Source of the DNA: Trichosphaerium sp. ATCC 40318 | Lineage: Eukaryota; Protista; Tubulinea | Assembly: GCA_038496445.1 (NCBI GenBank) | Contig: JALMLS010000627.1 | Location: forward strand, 62,001 to 126,000 | Direction: 5' to 3' | DNA: 64,000 nt | Part shown: positions 39,008 to 49,217 of the stretch, piece by piece | Layout of the letters: every line of letters starts with the position of its first letter | Numbering within the stretch: the first letter of the stretch is position 1 | Notes under the pieces: model-generated | What the model was told of the DNA's origin: nothing | What the model saw: only the letters and a program-made list of their open reading frames with translations | Database searches by the model: none | Made by a program: the position numbers and the translations under genes

Positions 39008-39278
39008 TAAGTATTTCACTTTTGTTCATACATCAGGAAGGAATTACGTACAGCAAAGACGCCTAACTATATAGGGAGGGTTGTTAGCAGTAGCACGATG
39101 CGGGGTTTCGCCGTAGGACCCCGCATCGGCTACACCACCACAATGCACCAACCACACTGGCTATGCATTCATTCCAGCACTGTCATTAACATTGCCAGTG
39201 CTAAGAAGTACCCACTGCGCACCCGTAACACCAAAGGCTGGGGGGAACCAACTCCTAACAAGACCATCTTTTTGTTGG
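39008..39278 (+). ncRNA. Putative structured RNA cassette, type C
   Basis: TAAGTATTT-N20-GAAGGAA; CGATGCGGGGT/ACCCCGCATCG, AGCACTG/CAGTGCT; TGTTAG-TTAACA and CGTAG-CTGCG pairings; T5 tract. Confidence 0.55.
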
Positions 39279-39740
39279 TCCAACTCACCAATCTGGAGAG
39301 TATCAATAGCAACACACTAGATCCTAGGAGAAAGCATAAATGGCATGAAAATGGTACAATGTAAAACAAGAAACATGAACAGAAAATGAGCGTATTTTTC
39401 AAACTAGAGTATGGTCAACTCCAATGTGAGGCAATGCACCGTCATAGAGAGCTGTATTGGATCTGCTCTGAAACTGATGGACTAAGTGTAACCCATTCTG
39501 AAATATGACTCCAAGTGGTGGATTGCATTCTCATGATTTTACAGGTAAGCATGTTTAAAAACTTGCTTTTTTTTATTTGTTGTTTCACTGCCTAACATCT
39601 ATTTGCTATAATAGGTAGGTTTCGTCCAGTAGAGTGTTTGATACATAACACACAGCTAGAGGAGTACAATATCGAAGCAAAGTTATTCCACACTCAACAC
39701 GCAAATGACAGACTGGCGCATTAGTTTCCGGTACAATTTA

Positions 39741-39932
39741 CAAATTTTATGCAGCACAGATAGTCCTTATACTAGGTACGTAGTGAAAACTATGAGAAGT
39801 CCGGTCGCGTAGCGTCTTTTTATTTTGTTCTTTTCTCGCTTGGAACTTGACGTCCTTATTTTTTACGCATATTTAGAGCATCTACACTCCATAGGCATCG
39901 CCTACCGCGATCTCAAACCAGAGAATATTTTG
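39741..39932 (+). repeat. Duplicated exon-intron-exon fragment of the PKA-like gene
   Basis: Closely matches 32755-32948, intron included. Confidence 0.9.
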
Positions 39933-40448
39933 CGTCGCCGCTGAAGTAAGTGGCTAGCATCAACTCATTGACTGAGGCGAAATGAACGAGTCTTGTCGGA
40001 CAGAGATTGCGCGGTTCTGACATGAGTGTCACACGGCAGTCAAACGCGCTGGCTGTAAGCGAGGGCTATTTTACATGGACGTCGTTTGACCGATGTTGGC
40101 CTAAAACAAACAAAACAAAACAACAAAAACACTGCAAGCAATGGAACCTACTTATTCGAATACTGAGAACAAGTACGTTGTTGGCGTTGTTGTTCTACTT
40201 TTGTAGAGCATGAACCGTTTTGTCAAAACAGTGCTTACGTTGCTCTTTTACTGCCAACAAGACCCACTTTCAGCGTAGCATGGTTTACTTACTCAGATGA
40301 GATCTGACGAAGTATCTACTTGCTGCTAAAACGTCATCCGAACCTTTTAACCTTTCTGTTTTACCGAACAAGCCGCACACAAGTTCATTGCAACTTGTTT
40401 TTCTTTGTTTTTTGCCATTAGTAGACTTCTAACGTCCTCTTAGCACAA

Positions 40449-41019
40449 ATGACGGACCCACTCATCAGTTCTTTTGGCCCAAAGGGCTTGTTCCCTCAAA
40501 GCATCAAAACCTCTTTGATTCGTACGCATTACCATATTCTTGTTCCTAAATCATTTACCAGACCGGAAATGAAAGCGCATTTACGTGCTAAAGCAATTGG
40601 AAAAATTACGCCTGTGGCAAAGGTATTCTAAACGAATTTGTTTTCAACTAATGTTACATTTGTAGTACAAGTTTACAGTACTGCTTCGTGTTATCGCAGA
40701 AACGCGTCGGGTACTGCTAGCTTTTGATATGTGTGCCATGTTCCTGGCTGCCGAATTCAATTTGCCATACACTGGAGCGCGCTCGCTAAGGGGTTGGCGA
40801 GACATGATGCAGTCGAACCCAGAGAAGCGGGTTCATGATATAGGAAAAAACGAACGCGTAGCAGCAAAGCTACGTTCGGTTGTTAATCAGGAGCAGTTCA
40901 ACTATCTATATTCTGTGTGGCGTGGATGGCATCGATTCCAGGGCCGACACTTTGATCTACTCGATTATTGTGAAGCAATAGATGATATTGAGGAGGATTT
41001 ACTACGTGTTCAGGAATAA
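40449..41019 (+). CDS. Orphan family member 3 (two exons, open frame)
   Basis: Intron 40623-40666 joins VAK|YKF; LAAEFNLPYTGARSLRGWRDMM aligns with LAKNLRIPYKPVFTLKDWRQLL; true start uncertain. Confidence 0.6.
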
Positions 41020-41683
41020 AGATCATCCTTCGTAAAAGTTGTTGTTAAGTGAGCTCTAGCGCAGTAAATTATGTTTGTTTCTTTTTTGTGAAGTTGTCGT
41101 TGAGTTAGATTATTCGCGACAGACAACATTCTACAAAGAAAAAAGCGGAAATGGTTTATTCACACCTGAACACTCTATAAATCGTTTATACGCCAATAGC
41201 GTAATGAGGCTTTCCAAAAAAAAAAACCTATCGGAATAATGAAATACAACGCTGTACAACATTACTGCATGCTCTAGTAAGCATTATTGGACATTATAAA
41301 CTGTTTTAATAATTATGTGGTGAACCACGCTAAAACGTCTGCATTAGACTGTTTTCTGCCACTGTATGCCTGAACTTGCGTAGAAGACCCGATTGCAAGT
41401 ATTTACACGCGGTTTTTGAACGCATTGTGAGCGAGAGCTTGTTTACTATGTTGCTCATCTTTTTTGTTGTCTAAGCTATTACCGTACGTTTCGTATTAAA
41501 ATCTGGGTTTTTATAAAAGTGAAAAGCACTGCACGACCAACAATTAACGTTTAAGATGTTAAGGGTACGAGACAATGCAGCGCTCGTACATACGTAACAA
41601 TTGCTTGGATTTTTAGCTTGATCTGCTTATTTTCTGGCGGTACCAATCTCAAACATCTCTAACAAGCCTTTAGTGAAAGCGTC

Positions 41684-41845
41684 AACAATTAGTGTAGACA
41701 ACGGCCGTACAAGTTATACGCAACACTCCGTTCAATTGAAAAGGATATGTCATTATCGTAAACAATCAGTGTAGACAACGGCTGTACAAGTTATACGCCA
41801 CTGTAATAACACTCCGCTCAATTGAAAAGAATATGTCATTATCGT
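41684..41845. repeat. Two-copy imperfect tandem repeat (~77-85 bp)
   Basis: AACAATYAGTGTAGACAACGGCYGTACAAGTTATACGC...TATGTCATTATCGT occurs twice. Confidence 0.85.
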
Positions 41846-42129
41846 TACATGTAATTAACTCCAGCAGGTTCTCAGCCTCTGTGGAATCCTGGTTGAGTCA
41901 TTGTAAGTACAGTTTATGTTCTCAGTAAGATGTCTACTCTCAATCGAATACGTCATTTTTAGTTTCAGCTACTCACTTAGCAAACTGTTCTCTGACTTAC
42001 AGTAAACATCCGACCTACCTCTCTTTAAAGGCACATTATACTGTTCTTCACCATCAAAACTCTGTAACTACAATCAAAAGAATTAGAACGTAGATACTTT
42101 TTCTTTTTGTAGACGTTGCTGAAAACAAC

Positions 42130-42270
42130 AAACAAGCACGGAAAAGTTCATCCAGCGTTGTTTTCTTTAGTTTTGTAAAGTTCGTTCCATCTCTACTCGC
42201 TGCTAAAATGTCATCCGAACCTTGGTTTTCTTTCTGTTTTGCCAAACAAGCACATACAAGTTCATTTGTT
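42130..42270. repeat. Dispersed repeat shared with ~40200-40390
   Basis: CTACTYGCTGCTAAAAYGTCATCCGAACCTT...ACAAGTTCATT in both; boundaries approximate. Confidence 0.7.
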
Positions 42271-42392
42271 TTTCTTTGTTTTCCAGAAAGTAGTTTATGT
42301 CTACTTGAAATCTAGTTCAACTTAAAAACACCATTCATACATACTAATAACGCCATTCATACTAATACACCTATTCTAGATATCCAAGCTAA

Positions 42393-43151
42393 ATGAATAA
42401 TATCTCAATGAACGTTTTAGACATTCCACGCGAACTACAAAGATCCTTGTGTGCTCTAGACGCGGAAGCATACGCCAAGTTTAATGTCTTGTCGAAACGT
42501 GCTGCCAGTACGCACTACAACCCAAACCTTGAAAAGCATGGGTTATGGCTCGACTGGGACAAGAATGGACGTCTCGTATCACAAACTGCAATGGTCGATG
42601 GTAAACGACACGGCGAACACAAAGAGTGGCACGATAATGGAGTCCTTAAGGCAGAGGTAGTGATGGTTAATGACGAGCAAAATGGTAATCGAAAGGAGTG
42701 GTACCGTTGTGGACAAATCAAGTCACACAGCGTTATGGTTAAAGGTAAAAAGCATGGTAAAGCCATGGCATGGTTCGAAAACGGACAACTCGAGGAAGAA
42801 GCAGAGATGGTTGAGGGTAAACTAAATGGTTTGTTCAAAGAGTGGTACGAAAATGGCCAACTGTACCAACGTGCCTTATTTGTTAATGGTAACCGACACG
42901 GAGAAAGCATAGCCTGGCATGAAAATGGCAACCTCAGCGCACGCTACCAGTGTGCTCATGGCAAAGTTCACGGAGAAAACGAACTATGGTATGAGAATGG
43001 TACAAAGATGAGACAAGAAACATTTAAAAACAATGTGCACCATGGTATTTGCTCAGACTGGAGTATGTACAGTCAACTCCAAACTGAGTTTATGTACCAA
43101 AATGGAAAGGTGATTTGGGCACGCGTTGAAGGTGTCACGATTTTGTACTGA
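42393..43151 (+). CDS. Intronless MORN-variant (YwqK-like) repeat protein with F-box-like N-terminus
   Basis: 252 aa ORF with about eight repeats of W(Y/H)ENG.L......G..HG; N-terminal LDIPRELQRSL. Confidence 0.85.
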   Translation: MNNISMNVLDIPRELQRSLCALDAEAYAKFNVLSKRAASTHYNPNLEKHGLWLDWDKNGRLVSQTAMVDGKRHGEHKEWHDNGVLKAEVVMVNDEQNGNRKEWYRCGQIKSHSVMVKGKKHGKAMAWFENGQLEEEAEMVEGKLNGLFKEWYENGQLYQRALFVNGNRHGESIAWHENGNLSARYQCAHGKVHGENELWYENGTKMRQETFKNNVHHGICSDWSMYSQLQTEFMYQNGKVIWARVEGVTILY

Positions 43152-43422
43152 ACAACCTGAGGCACCTAGATGATCTCATCTCTTGGGAGGATATGAACAT
43201 CTGTCCTGATCGGTAGGTCACAGAGCAAGTGTGGGATTCGTTTACAACACGATTGCAACAAGCACGATTGTAACAAGTCAAAGCATGTTTTTACGTAATA
43301 AAAGTAGCTTCTATTTTGTACAAAAGTTTTGGGTTGGTGCGGTGATTTCTGCTGTTGCGTAGGTTGCATATAGGTCTTGGTTAGTTGGTACTACATGGCA
43401 CACTCTGTAGCAAAAGGTTATT

Positions 43423-43504
43423 CGACACGAGCAGGATTTGAACCTGCGCGGGCAAAGCCCAATAGATTTCTAGTCTATCTCCTTAACCACTCGGACATCG
43501 TGTC
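43423..43504 (-). tRNA. tRNA-Ser(AGA)
   Basis: GACACGA/TCGTGTC acceptor stem, ATAGA-CTAGAAA-TCTAT anticodon arm, long variable arm GGGCTTTGCCC, GGTTCAAATCC T-arm, discriminator G. Confidence 0.97.
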
Positions 43505-44484
43505 ATGCGATGGAAAAGAGTAAGGTAGCGAATAATCCGCTCCAGCAAGGTAAGCAAGGCTCTACAACGATTGCTAACACAAAACAAACCACCAACCACA
43601 TACCAATGCTATCTATAACTACAAAAACCCATGGTATAACCAGAAAAAACAAAGAACGGTTTGAGGGTTGCTTAACCACAAACAGTCACAATTCATATTT
43701 CCACATGGAATCCTTTCTAAATACCAATGTACTCAACGCCAAACATTGTTTTATTTGTTACTCTCACTATGCAAAAAAACTCAGAATGGTTTGAGTTTTC
43801 CCTTATTTTTCTTAGCCGGTTATAGCCTGTCCTAAAACTAAAACAAAATAGCCTACCACCTCTAGATGTAAGTATATTTACTGCGTAAATATCAGTACTT
43901 GGGTGACTACGAGCGACGAAAGGTTTTGTAGTACAAGTCTAAAACAAGTAATACAAGCTCATTGATTTAATCACATTAGGACTAGTAACTGAGAAAACCA
44001 AATTGCTTGTTAAGCTGCTACGACAAAACTTTCAAACTGTTTCAAAAAAAAAAAAAATTAAGGTAACGTCATTACAGGTAGTGATTATTTTGTACCTATT
44101 GTATATTGCCATCATTCAAACCTATGCAACTACAAAAAAGACAAACCTGTAAAAAAACAAGAGATTTGGGCACGTGATTTTGTACAGAAAGTATGTCCAA
44201 CAAACAAGACATGTTATTCACACAAAAAACAAGTCTCCATTTAAGTACCGTAAGGAAAAAAAAGAAGCACTACACCACTTCGGAATGGGTACGTCACAAT
44301 ACTCCAGGAGCAAACATGAGTTAGTCTTTGCTTTACGTTGCAGTATGCTAGTTCTGATCTTTTAAAATTCGAGTGAATTTACAAGGTTATTTTAAGGAAA
44401 TAGGAAATCAATCACAACTTGATTAAAAAGTCATTATTTTTCATCCCAACAACCCTCAGCAACAAGTGAAGCCGAAAAAACCTA

Positions 44485-45960
44485 ATGTTAAACCCTGAAG
44501 CTACCAACCAGCTAGGTCGGCATACTACGAACATACGGGAACAAAATCTATGGTACATTTCACCAATTGGTGCATTTCTAATGCTTTGTTAGGGAACAAG
44601 ACAGTGCCGTTGAAACAAGGTTATCCACGCTAGTACCATTTAACCAAGGTGGATATGGTTTTAAGTTGACTAAACGCCAACTGTATGCGTTCGAAGAGTC
44701 TGTGTTTTCAGACATTTTTCTTACTCTTGATGCTGTTAAAAACGATGATGGCGAACTGGTTATGCCAGACAACGAGTATGCTTGATTGATAATTTGTTTT
44801 GGTTTCTTCGGTTTATTCACTCTTCATATTACAGGTTCCTTGATGTACTTCCTTTAGTTATAGAGATAATGCAGCAGGATGAGCCACAGATACCGGAAAA
44901 CGCGGAAAAGCTGATTAGAGCACTAAATTATTTTGGTGTACGACTTCCTGCACGTACGTTAAGTTCTCTGTATTTTGATGATGACTTTTTGTTAGAACCA
45001 ATGTCAACATCAGATACTATTACAGCTGTTCAAACATTTATTAAAACAATTATTCCAACTTTTCTAAAGAGGGTACAATGACGGATACTGCAATAATTGG
45101 TAATTTTTCCAACAGGCAAAACACGGGCACTTTTATTGTGTGATCGATATTGACAGCGACAATGATTTTTTATACTCGGACAACAGCAAAATTGTACTGG
45201 ATACGTACCAAGACGAGGCAGACTACAATTTGGTACATTTTCTCTGTGACCTCAACTAACTTATGGATTTAGTCCTACTCAATTGAAAATAATGCTATCT
45301 CGTTTACTTGGTATGGAACCGGCCTTGACCATATCTTCCCAGCATATTTTGACATTATAGACGGCGACTTGGAACAATGCTGTAGCCTACGTAAGTAGAT
45401 CGTATTAACACTATTAACGCATTTGTAGGTGAAAGGCTCTGGGCAACAGCGGTATTTGTTCAGTGGCAAAAACAAATTAAACCCTGGATGCATAGCCTAA
45501 TCGCAACTTACAACCAAAAAACTTGGACAAAACAGGTCGAGTTTGGGGTATGCTTTTCCAATGTGTCATACCCCGTACCCAACCTTCCGAATATAGACTT
45601 CAACATTAGAGTGTAAGTACCTTACAATATTATAATATCCTAACTTTTACTAGAGCCAACACCTTTTTCATTTGGGGGAAATTGGAAGAAAACTTCCACC
45701 TTCAAAAACTTGAAGAATATCTTTGTACAAAATTGGAGACGGTACGTGCATTAATGTATAAACGACAGCTGACATTTTCCAAGACAGTAAATGATCATCG
45801 CCGTGTAGTCATTGATAATGATACTTATGGTGTATGGTTTGTTTTGAAAAACCTAACTGGTCGTGTAAAGGAGCATGTCCAAACAGACATCAAACCCTTT
45901 GAAGCTGTTCCAAATCCAAATCTGGACAGTAGCGATGAAGACAGCCTTATGCTTATGTAA
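44485..45960 (+). CDS. KCTD/T1-type BTB-domain protein
   Basis: FKLTKRQLYAFEESVFS...LPLVIEIMQ...LIRALNYFGV; multi-exon; start inferred. Confidence 0.6.
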
Positions 45961-46074
45961 TCGAATCTTTGTTTCGTTTTTTGTAATAAACCTTTCATAA
46001 TTTGTTCTCATTTCGATTTTTCAACAAAAAGTCAACTTATTTCCATGACACTTTTTGTGAAACGTGCACGTTAA

Positions 46075-47560
46075 ATGTCTGAACCACAAAAAAAGAAGCG
46101 AAAATTGAATCCAAAGACTAAAACAAGCGTAACAAAGACAAAAACTCTAGTATCAACGACAGAAAGTGCAACACAATTTAAATGCGGCGATTTTACCTTC
46201 TCGCTATCAGATATGCTTCTCAAGGCGTATTCATCATCTCTTTTCGCGTCTAAAGTACATTTTGAATCACTACAAGATAATTCAACAACAACAACGCTTT
46301 TAGAGGAATGTAGGTACGCCAACGACATGTAATCTGTGATTTATAGTACCGACTATGACTAGCCACTCAAAGCATCTTCCAACAATTCTGAGATTTATGA
46401 AACAAGAAGAAATAACGAGTATTGACGATCCTTCCAATTTGTGGTTTGCAGCAGAGTACTATGGCATACCCATTGTTTGGAACAAATTAAATATGCCTGT
46501 TGGCACGTGTTTATAGTTCTACAACCACTTACAACTGTGTAGCAAACAAATTATTGATTGTTGCTGCTACAACTCTTCTCAAAGAAGCCAAAGAATTAGT
46601 CATGTCCCAAGAAAGCTGCCTACGAAAAATAGTAAGACTTTGGCAGTTAAGAACCTTCTCTAAATAAAATGACTAGGCAGCACTAGGTAGAAACATGCTG
46701 GTTATTTCTAATGAAAAAAGCAGGAATTTAGAAAGACAGAATTCGGTAGAAGCGCCATGGTAACTTATTGCAAACATTATGGCTTGGTAAGATTAATAGC
46801 TTCAGCAACTACTAAGATCAGTCATTAGCATGTTAAATGTACAAAAGATGCAGAAGACAATTATGAAGTAAACGTGAATTGGGGAGATGATGAAGTTGGA
46901 CCTGAAATTGTAAAGAAGAGGTGTATGTTTGCAATTTCAGGAACATTTTGGGATTTTGCAAACTTGAGTGCGTGTTCTATTGTACACTGCTATACAAATA
47001 CTGAAGTACACTTTAGCGCAAGAGTTATGGGCCAAATCACAATTTGTTAGGTGGAATAAATTATTCAAAACACAATCACGTATATGTATGGCGTACCTTC
47101 GAAAGGGAAAGAGAGGAGCAAAAAATTTTATTTTAATGTGCCGTGACTGGAAGTTTGAAAATGCAGCTAAAATACCTTGTGATTTTATGCTTGACACTCA
47201 GTACTCCATCTTTACTTTAGATTATTACTAACTTGTCTGCTATAGTCCAAAAGATGTGAGTAATGCAAAGGTTCTAGTGCAACATTCAAATAGGCGCAAA
47301 AAACTCAGTCGCCTACTTTGTGCATTCTTGGAAATAGCAGTAGGTCACTTCTTTGGTTTTTTTTTTCCTGAAACTGAAAATTTTATCAACAGACATTCGT
47401 TGAAGAGAAGATAATCAATGAAGAGGTGTTTACTATCACATTGTCATTTCCAAAATTTGATGAATCTGTACTTAAGGATTATCTGCCAATCTATCTTACC
47501 ACGTATCAAGATGATAAAACACTTCCTGAAACGCGCAGGTTTCCACACTTAAACATGTAA
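46075..47560 (+). CDS. KCTD/T1-type BTB-domain protein (possible tandem paralog), N-terminal NLS-like PQKKKRK
   Basis: FSLSDMLLKAYSSSLFA...LPTILRFMK...LWFAAEYYGIP. Confidence 0.6.
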
Positions 47561-47924
47561 ATGATAAAGCTTTTGTACACGTAGTTCTCAGAACGGGGTT
47601 TTAGAAAGTTGTCGCTTTGCCGCTTAATACTGCAATTTCGAAACGTCTAACCAAACCAAGAGATCATGAATTTCTCTACCGCATGCTCTTTCATATTACG
47701 CAACCACAATGATATCTTCAATAAAATAACAACATAAAACACTTGCACAACGAGATGATAGTAAGTAAAGTAAACGCCAGCACTACACAGGAATTTGATA
47801 AGCTCCTTCTAAATCTAACAAATATGGCTGTACACGTGTTTTACTCCGTTACAGACGTTTGGGTAAACTTCAGTTGACTTCGTATAAATCAACAACAACA
47901 ACAACCGACAAAATTTAAACAACA

Positions 47925-48800
47925 TGGCGAGCAGCAATCACCCACATCCCACCCAAAAATTTCCTTTTCAATTTGTTTCAAAACTGTAAAAACCTGTCTT
48001 TTATTTTCCAAGTGTTCTTGTATAATATAACAAATGCTTGGCGCTGCGCTAGAGCCATATCACATTTTGTCTTCCTCCCAACATCGTCTTAGTTAGTGTT
48101 CCTTGGTTAGTTGATAGAAGAAAGTTAACTGAGAGTGTTAGAACTCTAAATGCTGCCAATACAAATAGCAAATATGTCGAATCATGAATCCACAACGGTG
48201 TAGTGAAAAATAGTGTTGTACAACTATGTGATTTAATAGAAACACAAGTAGGACTTTATACTCGTTTTGGCTGGATGTTGTAACGTTAAGGCAAAACAAA
48301 TTAACCTTGATTGTGCAGAGTATGTTATAAATGATAATGATCTAAAAGCACTAAATACCATTGACATATCCTATACTTCAGTGACAGATGACGGTATCAA
48401 GCACTGGATGGCGTTAAGTAGATTTATCACCAAGATAGTAAAGTAACAAAGCAGGAATCAAGACACTCAATGTGAACGACTACAACTCTGGTTATACCAG
48501 CATATATGTTGCTCAAACTTTTAGAATAAAGGCAATAATTATAGATTGTATTTTCTGCATTTGTGATGCAATGAATAAACTCAACTATTATTCGCATGGT
48601 TACAGCTGCAGTTCGTTTTGGTGTCCAAAGTATTTCATGTGGCAAAAACACTTAAACGTCGACGGCAAAAAAAAAAATATCCGTCAACTTTGTTGCAACG
48701 TACAACCGACAGGTAGATTCCAGATAGTCTGTGAAGGGTTGTTTAAGAAAGTAACGTGCTGCAAATAATACGCATACTGCGTAAGCAATAGTTACGGTAG
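47925..48800 (+). pseudogene. Degenerate F-box/LRR gene
   Basis: Remnants such as TIDISYTSVTDDGIK; many stops; resembles 5310-5970. Confidence 0.5.
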
Positions 48801-49217
48801 ATTTGCACTACCCACGTGTTGTGGTTTGAGTTTGTGAGTTTTGACGTAACCCGATTTATAGTTGTGGTTGTTGCATGGTGGCAGCTCAAAAAGTTGAGAT
48901 GGATTGTGCGAAAACAAGAAAAACAATTGTAAATTTAAAAAACGCATTCTACCACGTACAAGCTGTTGCTCAAAATTTTGTTAGTACACAATGGTTCAAG
49001 CTGACTTAAGCGATATGAGAACTTAGACGAGTTGGATTTTTTCAGGTTTTTAGCTATGTACACTCTAGTAATTTATCTTTACCGAATTACCGTAGTAAAA
49101 ACTTTGAGGCACCATCCTGCACTGCTGCATCTCGTATTTGTTTGTCTTGTTGCATTTTTTTGACGAGATTTGCAAGCACAACTAAAACAAAAAAAGAGGA
49201 AGTGTAAGTGCGAGACA

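Noticed and set aside
39184-39205. TAACATTGCCAGTGC resembling the start of a twister ribozyme
   Set aside because: The remaining twister core elements are missing and the segment forms a simple hairpin with upstream AGCACTG
41684-41845. CRISPR-like array
   Set aside because: Only two adjacent imperfect copies, no unique spacers, no cas genes
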